From the NCBI GenBank assembly GCA_000708835.1, contig DF237552.1, positions 1 through 52,976 of the forward strand: a stretch of 52,976 bases of DNA. Reading direction: 5' to 3'. Each line of letters begins with the position of its first letter. Position 1 is the first letter of the stretch. The stretch comes from Klebsormidium nitens. Taxonomy: Eukaryota > Plantae > Klebsormidiophyceae. Below, piece after piece: positions 24,501-37,552 of the stretch. Position numbers and translations under genes: made by a program. The notes below the pieces were generated by a model that searched no databases, had not been told where the DNA came from, and saw only the letters and a program-made list of their open reading frames with translations.

Positions 24501-24748
24501 ATGCACGCGGGGAAATTGGGGTGCTGTACGCTCTCAGATGGTCTGTGGGCCCTCAGCACACTCGAGCAAAGCAACTTCAGCAAGGCGTGTTCGAGGCCTA
24601 GTCAAATGCAAAGGGTAGCTCGTATCTCTCGTTTCCATACCCAGCCGTAAATCGCCACGTCCATCTTCTGCAGATCGCAGCGGTGTGCTTTGCGGTCAAC
24701 GGTATCCTAGACAACATGCAAAAAAAAGGAATGGCAATAGCAGTCTGA
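21510..24748 (+). CDS. CSN4: COP9 signalosome subunit 4 (CSN4/COP8), about 11 exons
   Basis: [25 protein letters not shown]..., [87 protein letters not shown], the PCI domain [45 protein letters not shown], and last exon 24674-24748. Confidence 0.95.
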
Positions 24749-25837
24749 GCATTGCAGTTTGACATACGTGATGGGAGAGATCAGCGCCAGGAATTGGTAA
24801 ACTGTAGAAGAAGAGCATGCGACCAGGAAAATGAGGTAGAGTGTACTTCGAACCTGCAACAGCAACGGCAGAAGGCAAGGTGTATCACAGTAGATCCTGG
24901 CAGAAATTCGTGGAGGCTTTTGTCACGTCATGATGGCTTTCATGAATAACACTAACAATATTGATCCACGACATGTTTGCTGGTAATAGCCTCACAATGC
25001 ATCATCTAAAGGAAAGTTCTTGCAAGTTGAGTCCGATGGCCTTGATCCTTCACGAATGCGCCTCAATCTGGTTACCGTATACTCGTTCATGCCGCCATGA
25101 GCCCGGACCTTGTACAATATACAATGATGCAAGTCCAATGCACAGGACTTGTAATATCAGGCTTAGTGGGGGCCAGCGATGGCGTGCACATAAATGATCA
25201 GCGTTCGACTTAATTGTTTGATTGGCCAATATTGATTTTAGGAATATATATATTTTCGGCCTGCGTGGACGTACGGGTACTGCATGCGTAGATACAAGAG
25301 TCACATGTGCGAACGCGCTTATAATCTTAGCATGCATGCAGACGTATATCGATCCCCCTTTCAATTCACCCATGAATTAAGCCTTACATACCGTACAAGC
25401 AATCATGAGTGTGGCCGGGCAGCACGTGGCGCTTCTGCGATTTAGGTTTGCTGCTTCCGACATCTTCGTACTTCAACTTTTTAGAATCGCTTTTCAGATT
25501 TTAGATTGAACCGTGATGCATGTTCATGATAAATCGTCCACTCTTGCATGCAAGAGAAGATTGCCATGAAAGTCACAGTCGTCAGTCTGGCCTTCCGGCC
25601 AACGGTTCAATGCAACGATGAGGCCTCCCATCGCAGGCTCAAGCCGTGTCAATTTGCGCAAATGTAACCCGCTAAAGATGAACAATTCCGATATCCTGAC
25701 CAGGCTAAATGTATCTCTCTTGCATAGAGCATTCTATTCCCAAGAGAGCTAGCTGCCAATACCTACCCACTTCTTTCTATCAAACACTGATCTTGATGCT
25801 ATACACAGTGTCAAATACATTTTCCTTACGCAAGCCC

Positions 25838-28800
25838 CTAGCCGCCTATGTGGATCATAGGCCTGTTCTGAGTACGCTGGATCTCAAACATGCCCGCGTG
25901 GCGCGCTTTCTTCCGTCTCACCTGCGTCAAAGCAGCCAATAGACATTCAGGTCTGAGTGAACAGCACGGACGCGAGTTGCCCCCAACTGTCGCCTTTTCC
26001 TGCCAGGTCGATATGAACAAGGCTCGACAAAGAAGCAAATTCACGGACCAGGTAGCGGAGGGGAAAAAAAGGTTTGCCAGCAAGTTACTTCAATCCACCA
26101 TTGATAGAAACGTCGAAACGCACTTGAGTATCGACAGATGAAGCATCGGGAAGCTGCCCAGAGGGAATGAGATATGGCAGCACTGATATACCCCTTGACC
26201 TGAGCCACTGTCAAGCTTTTGACCCACAAACGCCTTCACCAGATGGAGGCACAATATGCGGGCACAGACAGTGCTGAACCTCGTAACCTGAAAGGCCGGC
26301 GACCTTTGCCGGGCGGGACGCCTCACCGCACTTCCGATGATGTCCTCGAGTCCCCCGGTCGTTGCCCCCGCCCTGAGCGCGTCCCGCAGGCTCACCTCCG
26401 CGGGCCCGAAGAGGCACACCTTCAGGTTCCCGTCCGCCATCAGCCGCAGCCGATTGCACCCTGCCACGGGATGCGTGTGTCAGTCCAGCCAAAGTAACGG
26501 CTCTCTCGACGAAGAAGGAACAGGCCAGCCGAGAAGAGTCTCCTTATTCCCGGGAAAAGAAGGACAACAGTACTCTCGGGAATCAGGAGGGACTGCAAAC
26601 TGGCTTGCTGTGAGGGGTAGCGATTGACTCAGGGTACAAGGTGCAATCCAACAACCGGAGGGAATCTCAAGAATGTTTGCGCTCGTTGAAGGCAGGATCT
26701 AAGACGACATGCGGCCTTCGAACTACGTCGGACACTGATCAATGCGGCAGGGGTGTTGTAATCATTGCACTCGTCCGTGATGCTTTTCGAAGCTGGCGAG
26801 GCGGCTTGACTGCCCGCCGGATCGGCAGGCCGATACCGATATCAGAAGACTTTCCAGAGGTACTTTGGCGGAACACTTCGACGGCTTTATATCGAGATTG
26901 GTGTTGCATTTCGAGCGCTGGAGCACGTTTTACAGCAGTTGTCTGTATTTTCCCAAAGCGACGCACGGAACCGCTATATGACCTTTTCCAATCCGAAACA
27001 GCACATCCTCATGTCAGACCCCCGTATTCGGCCTGTCCTCGTCTTTCCTGACGGCGCTGCCCCCTTGGCCTCACCCGCGCAGAAGTGGTCGGTCATGGAG
27101 GTGATGAACGAGACGGTCCCGCGGAAGCCCTCCACCCGAAAGTTCTGCAAGGACGCAATGTGCGGGTATGGGCAAGGAGCACGTGCTTCAAGCTGCCTAC
27201 ACGCACGCACCAAAACCTCTAAGATGACAAGAGAGCACGCTCTTCCAACGGCATCCAGTCCTGGACAAACGCTTCCAGTGTCCAGTTCAAGCCCGTAGTA
27301 AAGCTTTTGGCCCGTGCTTGAAGGGGGGACTTTTGCGACGGGTCACCCCACTGCGTGCTTTCTCGAGGACGAGCCATGGAGCCACATCACCTTTGCGGTA
27401 TCTGTGGGGTGGTCTTGCAGACGCGCAATCGTCGGATACTTGGTTTTCTGCACGAAAAGTCAGGACAGTTTGTGGCTGCGTTCGGACAGGCCCACATCAC
27501 ACGCCGACGGGGTGCCTGTCACCGCGCCCTGTTGCCAGTCACGCGTGAGCCAACAATCCCGGAGGGAGGCACCCTCTGCCGTTTTGGCAAAAAACCCGCT
27601 TACCCCATTGGCTTCGTGAGAAGATCATTGGGCGCCAGATTTCCGACACATGTCATCCAGTCATGGACGGTATCACCAATGCGCATCAAGAGAACTCGCC
27701 CATTCTTTTCTGTTCACTACCTTAGCACGCTGCCATAAAAAGGTATAAGTCCAAGACGTCCACCGTTCTTTCCATTTATCAGCTAGTCGCCAACAGGCAG
27801 TGAATCGCCAGACCCTCCACTGCATTCCTCAACCCCCTTCTAAGGCACTTGCCACAATTGCGTGCAGAGCATCAGAACGAGGCCGTCAGGTTTGATTACA
27901 CACAAGGACAATCCTGAGGTAGATGGCCGACATAATCACAGCGCTCACCACGGCCGCCATGAGCTCCGCGTAGGGCACCATCTTTTTGGAGTCCCACACG
28001 TTGCCGTCGAAGGGCATGAACTCGATGAAGCGCACGTTGACGGGCTGCTCCCGCGTCAGCTCCACGAAGTCGCCCACCTCGTCGTCATTCACCCCGCGCA
28101 TCACCACGCAGTTCACCTGAACACCACCCGGCATCCGGTCAGCGTGACCCGATCAGCGCAGGAACAAAGGAGACAGAGGCCGGTGCCCAAGAGGCCTGCT
28201 TTGCGCTGAACCCAGGCACGTGCCTCTTGCACCGCAAGAGTCACTGCCCATCAAGTGACCAACTCACCTGCAGAAAATTTACCACGAATTCAGCAAAGAA
28301 GGATAACCGAAGCCCACTGAGAAAACAATACTGCGCCTGTCCTTGCCTGATCACGGACACAGATCGAGACTGTCACTGGTAAAAGCCCGGATGCGAACAC
28401 TTCCAAAGAAGACAAGGCTCGTATAGGCCTATTTGCACTGTTCAATTCCTACAGAAGGCGATCGCAATCTTCTGCAGGAAAGTACACACAAAACTTCGAA
28501 CCAGACAACGCAACCCTCTGACCTTCATCGTGAAACCCAAGCTCTTGCCCCCCCACCCGCCTCACCTTGACCGGGTCGTACCCCAGCTCGAGGGCCCTCT
28601 CGATTGACTGCAGTACTTTGTGGTGCCCCTTCCGCCGCGTGAGCAGCTCAAACTTGGCCGGCACGAGCGTATCCAAGCTGATATTAAGCAGATCCACCCC
28701 CGCGTCGCGGAGGGCCGGAAGCTGCCTCTGCAGAATGAGTCCGTTGGTGGTGATTGCCAGCGTTCGCAGCCCGTCGAGTTGCTTCAGCCCGCGGCAGATC

Positions 28801-30400
28801 TCGACGAAGTCCCGGCGGATGGTGGGCTCGCCGCCAGTCAACCGAATCTTGTCGACGCCTGCACACAAGGAACATAGACAGCGGGTCGAAGGACAACCAG
28901 CTTCGACAGGTGGCCTCTTCAGTGGCCAATGGTTCACTCTGTTGGTCGGCACAGCGGGAACTCACTGCTTTGCCATTCAGCCCCTAATGGGATAAATGGA
29001 ACCAACAGGGCTACAGTCTGTGCCAACTCGAGCTCTCCTGTTCAATTACAGTGCCTGTTCAACGCAGCAATTGAAACCATTTTCTCATGATTATGTTGTA
29101 CCCAGCAGAAGGATTTAACGGAAACCCTTAAATGATTGCTTGAGGTGCAAGCGTGCTGCGGTGACTCGAAGTATCTTTTGTCATTCAACCATCTCAAGCA
29201 GGAATGCCCCGCCTTACGGGACCCTAGAAGTGCCCAAAGCACACCGCCTCCAGTCGAGACCACTGCAGAGTGCAGCGGATCTCCGGTTACTGGACTCCAA
29301 TCGGACATGATGCAATAGTGACCCAGAATCGAGTTGACATCACCGTTTGTCAAGGAAGCCTTGTGGAGACACTGCAAGTAAGGAAGATTGAACGCACCAT
29401 TTGCAACGAAGACCGTCGCCAATTGTAGTATCTCGTCCGTGGACAGCAAGCTGTCGCTCGGCGACAGCTCCACTCCCTCCGCTGGCATGCAGTATTTGCA
29501 TCGCAGGTTGCACCGCTCCGTCAGCGAGATGCGCAGGTATGTATGACGTCGTCCAAAGTTGTCAACCAGGGTTGGAGAAACGTCAGGGTCGTCAAGCGGC
29601 GGCGGCGGCGTGATCCGAAACCCTGAAAACCCATCAACTAGAGATTCTGTTTCGAAACCCCTTAATGGTGAGGGGTTTGCTAAGGGTGACTCTCCGGATC
29701 TGTGTGTTTCGAGCTTGCTTTCTAATGCTTGCTGGCGGACGCTGATATTCTCCCTGTTGAAGGGTTCCGGCGCCGGACTATCCTTCCATCCAAGCATACC
29801 CTGTCTCTGCCCCTGAGCGGACGAAGGCCTCCCAAAGACCTGCTCCGGCAATGGGGGGAACTGAGGGCCGTCCCCAGACTGGCTGCTTCCTCCCCCAGCA
29901 TGCGGAGCCGTCACCCTTGCCGGCTCTGCAGAGCCCCCACCCTGCCACACGAAACGGGGGGCTGCTCGGGCCATCTCTCGCAACCTCCTCTCCCTCTGAC
30001 CATCTGCAACCTCCCCTTGACCATCCGCAACCCCCCTCTGGAACCCCCGTCCGGAAGTGCTCGCATGATAGCCTGCAGCTGTCCGCCAGTCCTCAATGGG
30101 AGGCCCTTCTTCTTCAGACCCCCTCCCTCTCAATCGAGAAGCACCTGCCCTAGGGCCCCTGCCTGCCTTCTCCCAGCCTGACGTGGTGGTGGGAAGGCAC
30201 TCGCTACTGGGGGCTGCTTCATCCTCAAAAGGTTCAAGGCGGACCGCTTCGGCGGCGGAGCTGCGGTTTTGGAGGGGGCTCTTGTGGAATGTCCTCACTG
30301 CCGTGGCTTTGTGTAGGGTTGCCACCTCATCTAGGAGTGATGTCCTGGCGCCGCGATGCTGTTTGAGGACGCGCGCGGAGAGACAACGGAAGGCATGCAT
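25838..30400 (-). CDS. CNX2: GTP 3',8-cyclase (CNX2/MOCS1A/MoaA; molybdenum cofactor biosynthesis), mitochondrial-type, about 6 exons
   Basis: [29 protein letters not shown] (radical-SAM CxxxCxxC), [69 protein letters not shown] and C-terminal NRPMIHIGG*. Confidence 0.95.
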
Positions 30401-31361
30401 CCTGCCTCTCTGGAGTAAATACCTGCAGCAAAGAAAGTCCAGGCTAAAGAAGATTGATTCACCCTACATTTTAGATTGAATATACAGAAGCCATCATCAG
30501 CGATTATTGGAGGTACGATCACCTGCGGATCAACAAACTGCTGCTCTCGGGAGTTTCCATCCATAATTGCAGAAGTCTGACTACGGACCAACTGCCACAA
30601 TCTCTGATGCGGGTTTTCTGAAAAGTTTGCAGTGAAAAGTCATCTGTGAAAGCGCAAACATGCAATGCTGAGGTTTCACATGGAAACTTTCACAGGCACT
30701 TATTCTTCACCGAGATTCTCCGCCAATCGAAGCCCCTGTTTTCAATGCCGGACGAGTTCATAGGAGCTGTCCGCTGTGCAGGCCGTTCATCATGGAAATG
30801 TATTCACCGTATGGACGAAAAAAACCTTTAGACAGCCATACCTGAATGAGCTACCGTAAATCAAGCTGTCGGCCACCAGTCAAAGCCACCGCCCTAGCTG
30901 ACTTGGAATTGGAGCTGCATCAAGAACACGCCATTGATGCCATGGAGTGCCTGATTCATTGGCCATCGAAAACCAAGTTTTGAAATTGCTGTCACCAGAC
31001 GCCGACGGCTGGATCGCCTTTGAAGTTTGAAATTGCAGATCGCACTTCACTTTGCAAATTGCAGTGTCTCGTCCGCGATCGAAGGGGCAGCCACATGTGT
31101 GCAATCTCCGTTCCAGCAAATGAAGATCTGAATCATCTGATCAATTTTGGCTCCGCACCGGCTGACTGAAAGACCGTCATTATGTCGGCCTGCCGGTCAT
31201 ACACTCTGGGCGAAATATATTATTACGGCAGAACACTGCCCTTGTACATCGGTTTGGTTGCCGACTGCCGGTTTCCGTAACACTGCCAAAATCGCCTGTA
31301 TACGACGAAACAACATAGATTGGCGGTGGCCTCAACTATTATAAAGTTGGCTCCGGGATCG

Positions 31362-31399
31362 CACGGTAACGATTGCTCTTCAAGGCAGTGGTTACCGTG
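31362..31399. repeat. Inverted repeat between CNX2 and RRP9
   Basis: CACGGTAACGATTGC versus GCAGTGGTTACCGTG: 13/15 complementary. Confidence 0.75.
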
Positions 31400-31676
31400 G
31401 CGGGCGGCCGCCGGGGCGCAAGTCGGGCGCGGCGTGCCGCCCTGCTGTAAGTTGCTCTCAGAACACCTCTAGCCTTACTAGGCTAGCTAGCTAGAGCGCT
31501 CGCAAAACACGAGGCATTAATGGCTGCTACAGTGCTCGGCCCAGACATACCTTATTCAAAACTAGGACAGGAGCATCTGGCTTATGTAGCGCAGTTTGCC
31601 ACCGTCTTGTGACAAGGGTCTGTCATTTGGGCTTCCAGCCTAGGGCGTGAAGCATTGGGGTTGCCCAGCCGGGCGG

Positions 31677-34600
31677 ATGGCGAAGCAGAAGGGCATGAAG
31701 AAGGTGAGCCCTACTCCCGTCCACCAGGGGCAGGGTCCATGGCACGTGGCAGTTCGTGCCACCAGCTAGCTCGACTAGCGTTGCCGCATCTGATCCGATG
31801 CATTAGATGTGTTGGTAAAGGTGCTCTCATGAGGCTGTTGCTGCCTGCTTCAATAACGCCTGCCCACTCCTTGGTCTGGGATTGTTCTAGTAGGCCCCCT
31901 TGTTTGCTGGCCCTATCTGCCCCTTCATCACTGTATCAATTGTGCCGCTTTGCAGCGGCCTGCGCGGGGTGGCCCAGGAGGGGCCCCCCGGCCTGAGAAG
32001 CGCACCAAGCGGCGAGATGCGGAGGAGGAGGAGAAGGAGGATGAGGAGGCGGATTTCCTGGGCGAGGAGGGTGCGCAGGTGGGGCACCGCATTAAATGGA
32101 TAAACAAGGGACTAGCAGCTAGTGCATGCTTCAACCAGGCTGGCGCGCTCTTGTCGCCCTGCCTGTGGGGCCTCAATAGTGGTGCTACTTGACACAGGTG
32201 GTGAAAGGCGCAATGTTGTGAAAAGATGCTTTGAAGAGCCTGTGCACTGTGGATGGGGTGGTTGCCCTTGGGGCATGCCTGATGGATGTGGGCTGCCTCC
32301 TGGAGGGAGCAGTGTGGCTGCATTGGCAGTGATTGGCGTCTGTGTGCGGCGCTCATGCTCGGTGGTGGTGCGGCCGTGTAGGAGCACGGAGGGGCCCCCA
32401 GCGAGGAGGGCAGTGAGCAGGAGCCGGAGGAGACGGCGGATGAGAAGCGGCTGCGTCTAGGTGCGCACTCTGGCCCTGCGCCGCTGACGGGGCGAGCGGG
32501 CAGCCTGCCGGGGTGGGCAGGGGCAGCCCTCGCTGGCCCTGTTCAGGAGACACACCTCTGATCTGGTTGTGCCATTGCAAGCATGCCTTGTGCAGCAGTC
32601 CGGCCTCTCCTGATCAACCCTGAAGTGGTTTGGCTGCTTGTCGGGCGCCTGGCCCAGCAAGCTGGGTGCTGGAACAAGGTGGGGACTAGCCATGTTCTGG
32701 CCCCTCGCGTGTGAGCCACCCTCTCTTACCTTGTCCCCAGGCAGCCGCCAGCGCGGTCCCCTCTCTCCGTTTGGATGTCAATCGTGAGCTGCTTCCTGCC
32801 CTTGCAGCCAAGGCGTATTTGGCGAGGGTGCGTGCGGCTGCTGATGCTGACGTCAGTGGCGAGGAGGACGAGGATGCGGACCGGGCGGTGCACCGCGATT
32901 CCCTGGTGGCCGCCCGCCTGCAGAGCGAGGTGGTGAGCCGCATTGTCGCCAGCCGCTGCGCACTGCCTCCATTGCCCTGGCCATTAAATCACCTCCTGAA
33001 ACTTCCCATCTGGGCGGCGCGCCTCTCGGCCCTCGTTGCAGCGCTCCCTCGTGTCCCGCCTCTTAGAGCGCCCTCACTGGTTGTGCAGGCGGAAGCGTCG
33101 GGCCGCGCGCAGCGCCCACTGGCGGCGCGGGTGGTCCACCAGGGCCAAGCGCCACCCGGAGTACCGGTGGGGCGCCGCCACCGACACGCCGTTACAGCCC
33201 TCGCCCTCACACACGACGACACCCAGGCATTTGCCGCCTCCAAAGATGGCGTGGTCGTGCAATGTGAGTGGCGCCGCTGAAGCCGCGCACCTCTGCCTTG
33301 GGAGCCCCCTGTCTTGCCCATCTGGGGGGCCCTCTGCGCCTTGCTCCTGGCTGCCGGGCCTCATTGAGAATGTTTTCAAACGAGTGATTCCTCCCTGTCT
33401 GAGTGCAGGGAACGTAGAAAAGGGCGGGTCGAGCGCGCTGCCGCTGCCAGAGGGTGCCAGGATGAAGGCCCTACTAGCGCTGGCGGTGAGTCCTCTCCAG
33501 CCACCTCGCAGCATGCAGGCTGGGCCACAATGCGTGATACAGTGGCCTGACATCATGGGCGAATGTAGCAACCTGTGTGAGGGACGGGCCGGTCAGCGGG
33601 TCTCGCGACTGGCACCCACCTGGAGACCTTGGCCTCCTCTGTGAAGCTCTGTGGTGTAGGCCCAGAGTCCGCCTCCTCCGGCTCGGCAGTTCAGCTGGTG
33701 GGCTGCCTGGCGTGCGGTCCTAGGCCATCCGCCCTTGTAAAGTCACTTCATTGCACGTCGGTGGTGGGAGCAGCTCTCTGGGCGCTGACCCTGGCAGCTC
33801 TGTGAAGGCCTACGTTGGATTGCAAGGCTGTACTGGCCGCACTAGGCACCGCTGCTGCCCCCAGCACTGCCGCCGCTGATGGGGCTCGCCAGTCGCGCTC
33901 GCTTCTGTGTGTGCCTCTGCCCAGCCGGCCCTGCTGACCCCGCTGATCGGCCTCCGTGGCCTCTTTTTGTGACGACACCCCTCGGTGATGCGTGCGTGGC
34001 GGTGGTGTCCAGGTGAGCAGCGACGGGCGCTACCTGGCGGCGGGCGGTGTGGACCGCTCCATCCACGTATGGGACGTGCGCGCGCACCAGTACCTGCGCG
34101 CCTTCTCCGGCCACCGCGGCACCGTCTCGGTGAGCAACGGCCCACCTTGCATGTATGCGTGAGCATGCACTGAAAAGAGAGTCGCAGGTCACAAGCTCTC
34201 GCCCTCGTTGGCTTTAGTGTAGTCCCGTTCTTCCAAAGCTCTTTCGGCCCACTTTTTCAGCGCGCTTCTAGACCCCTTCGCTTTCGCTTTCGCCTGCAAC
34301 ATTCCCTGAACTGGAGTCAATGTCTTTTTTGCCCCTTCGCCCCCCGCCGTGTCTCCTGTCAGCCCCACTCACGCACACGTGAGGTGTGCTGCTCCCCTTC
34401 TCGTTTCGCACCCCCAGTCTGCCCGCCCTGGCCCGCCCCTCCCCTGCTGCGTTACCGGATTGCGCTGTGGTGTGCGGTGTGTGCAGAGCCTGGCGTTCCG
34501 GGTGGGCACGGCGCAGCTCTTCTCCGGCTCCTTCGACCGCTCCATCAAGCTGTGGAGCCTCGACGACATGGCCTACATGGACTCCCTGTGAGCGCCACCC

Positions 34601-36147
34601 GCCCTTCCTGCGCGGCCGCCTCGCCCTCGCTGCTTGTTGCACTATCGCCGCTTGCCACCCGATGTGCCGCTTGGCTTGTTGGGTGCCCCTTGCCGGACCT
34701 GCTCTCCATGTAGCGGCCAGGCAGTGTCACTAGCGAGCGTGGGTGCTGACGTGCACTCGGGTGCAGGTTTGGGCATCAGAGCGAGGTGGTGGCGGTGGAC
34801 TGTCTGCGTGCGGAGCGCGTGCTGAGCGCGGGGCGCGACCGCACGTGCCGGCTGTGGAAGGTGCCCGAGGAGACGCAGCTCGTGTTCCGGGGCCACGCGG
34901 CGGCCATCGACTGCGCCGCGCTCATCACGCCCACCGACTTCATCTCCGGCTCCGAGGACGGGTGAGGCCACCACGCACCATGTGCGCAGCACACAAGGCG
35001 GAAGCACCTGAGATGAGGACGGTAGATGGTGCGGAAAACACCATGTGCATACCACTGGAGATTGGATGCACATTGTCAACGTGTACCGTTCGTATCGCGA
35101 AGCAGGGCGTGCTGACCAGTCCTTGACACTCACATGGCCCCCTTTTAGACGCGAGTCGCGAGGAGCGACCTTCAGTAGCTGCTGAGTCGCACCTCCGCTC
35201 CTAGCACGTCCTGTGGCCTGCCGCCTCATTTGCGCGTCGCTGCTCGCAGGTCGGTGGCCCTGTGGAGCCACGTGCGCAAGAAGCCGGTGCACCTGGTACG
35301 CGGGGCGCACGGCGCGTATCGCTCCACCCTGGACCAGCAGGCCGCGGCAGCCAGCACGCGAAACGGGGACGCCGCCGAAGAGACCGGGCCGGATGGAGAG
35401 GCACGCGACGCAGGGGGCCACGAGGCGGCCCCGGGGGAGGCCTCGAGCAGCAGCAGTGCGGGCGCGGCGGTGGGCGGGGCCGCGGCGGGGTGGGTGGGCG
35501 CAGTGGCGGTGTGCCGTGGGAGCGACCTGGCGGCGAGCGGGGCGGGGGACGGCGCGGTGCGGCTGTGGGGCCTGCACGACGGCAACAAGCGGCTGCGGCC
35601 GCTGCACACCCTGCCCACGGTCAGTACGCCCCGCGCCCAAGGATCGCGCACAGTGTACCCCGAACAATAGCGTTCCCCCTCCTGAGCCACTTTGTGGGTC
35701 CTGTTTGAGTTCAAGCAGCGTGTGACAAGCCGGTGGTCGTGTGTGCAGGCCGGCTTCGTGAACGCGCTCGCCTTCGCCGCCTCCGGAAGGTTTCTCCTGG
35801 CAGGGACAGGGCAGGTATGGCCCGCGGTCCCGCTTGCGGCCCCCTGTGTGTATGCTGCTGCTGCAGGGGCAGACTCACCCGCACGGGCAAAGGGACTCGC
35901 TGCATCGGGATCCCGCCCGCTTGCTTGTCGGCGTGCAGCGCTCAAGAGACAGGCTGCGGGACATGAACACCCGGGCCTTGCCGGCACCCCGCTTTGCTTT
36001 GGGTCAGGCCTGTTGGCACGATTGGCTTTCCCTGCGCTCAGCCCCGCCGTGTGCTCTGTGCAGGAGCCGCGTCTGGGACGCTGGGCGCGGATTCCACAAT
36101 CTCGAAACGGGGTTGTTATGCATTCCATCCAATTAGAAGAACTGTGA
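31677..36147 (+). CDS. RRP9: U3 snoRNP-associated WD40 protein RRP9 (U3-55K)
   Basis: Basic then acidic N-terminus (MAKQKGMKK..., ETADEKRLRL, AKAYLARV). WD repeats: LALAVSSDGRYLAAGGVDRSIHVWD, AFRVGTAQLFSGSFDRSIKLWSLDDMAYMDSL, LSAGRDRTCRLWKVPEETQLVFRGH, FISGSEDG, VALWSHVRKKPV, WVGAVAVCRGSDLAASG, GFVNALAF, GTGQEPRLGRWAR. Confidence 0.93.
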
Positions 36148-37552
36148 TGACAATCTCGATCCTGCTATCTGCCCTCGGAAAGCGGACTCGGGAAGTCCGC
36201 CATGTCCTCGTGCGCACGAGCATATGCAACCTTGGAGTCCTCTGTACCGCACAGCCACTTCTGCTCTGGAGCTTGTGTACTTCGACGTCAGACTGTGAGC
36301 CTGGTCGCATTCCTCCCGGCCGCGTGAGAATAGCTATTAGCTATACTGAAGGCGCATGATGCGAAACTAGTTTCAGGATTGCACCCCCGGAATTTTCTTC
36401 CTGCGGTGCAGCTTTCACCGTGAGTCTGAAGGGAATGTTGCTTGACTCGATCCAAAATTCGGCGTTGTTGTTGGTCGATATGTTCTGCACCGCCCCCGGC
36501 ACGCGTTCCATGTGCGTGTTTCGATCACATCGGATTTTAAGCGATTGCCATATACTGTAAATTATAGCTCTACGCATGTTGGACTGGTTTCTAGCTGCTA
36601 AAAACTGGTGCTGCCAATATAGGCATACTCATAAGCGCACGGTTAATTTCATGCATATGCACACGTTCAATGCGTCGATGGGTGGGCAAGCTAATGAATG
36701 CATGTCTCGCTCGGAGCTCATAGCAACTCTAGAAAGACGCCACATGCAGCTAGATATTGCTACTATACTAACCACATGTAACTTGCATGAAGCCACATAA
36801 AAGAGACACGCAAGCGCTCAAATCATTTACATGCATCGTATCCGAGTCTGTGCACAACTTACTAAGCTATAGGAACAATATATTTGCGGTTGGACATGTG
36901 GCCGGTACATATAATCAATTGAAGTGAGTGATTGCAGGCAGCGCTCTCAACCACAGCCGTAAAATCGACTTCATTACATTCGGACCAAAATGTGGCACAT
37001 GCTCAACTTAACCTGCAGTGCAGGCCAACTACACGTACGCTGCAAATGAGGAAGTCAAGCCTTGTAAGGATTCAATGATTGAGTACGTCTAGGAGGGGCC
37101 GCTCAACACATTTTTGACAAAGTAGTTCAAAGATCATTCATGAAGTTGTGCAAGAGTCGAAGAGTTTTGATCATATTGAAAGCTTGATGGACCATGTCAA
37201 TCGGGCGATGGCAGCCTACACCGGAATGCTGATTGGAGATCAGACTTTCGGATCGTTATGCAAGTGAGTCCAAGTCTACACCTTCCAAACAATTGAAAAC
37301 TTGCCATCTATTCTAGCTCGGCATGTTGGCTGCGCTGCGCAAGCGTAGAGCGATACAGCGTAATGTTTGCTCATTCATCCAAAGTTTGGCAAAGGCGCGA
37401 AGGTGATCGAGCAGTCGATTACTATGACAGCTCGACATGCCGAGCCTTGGATCGTCTGACCTATGTTGCATGCGTACTGTATGAAGTCTTCGCGGCCATT
37501 CACCCCTTCCCGGCCCCTTGCTCTCGCTTCCCCTCTTCCCAGGCCCGGCGCG

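Noticed and set aside
5300-24748. Ubiquitin-proteasome gene cluster (PIP30, RING E3, CSN4)
   Set aside because: These are common functional classes, they are interrupted by ARP4, and there is no evidence of a shared pathway or co-regulation.
36140-36300. C/D box snoRNA after RRP9 (TGATGA at the stop codon)
   Set aside because: The C-box-like motif overlaps the stop codon, and no convincing D box, terminal stem or rRNA guide was found.
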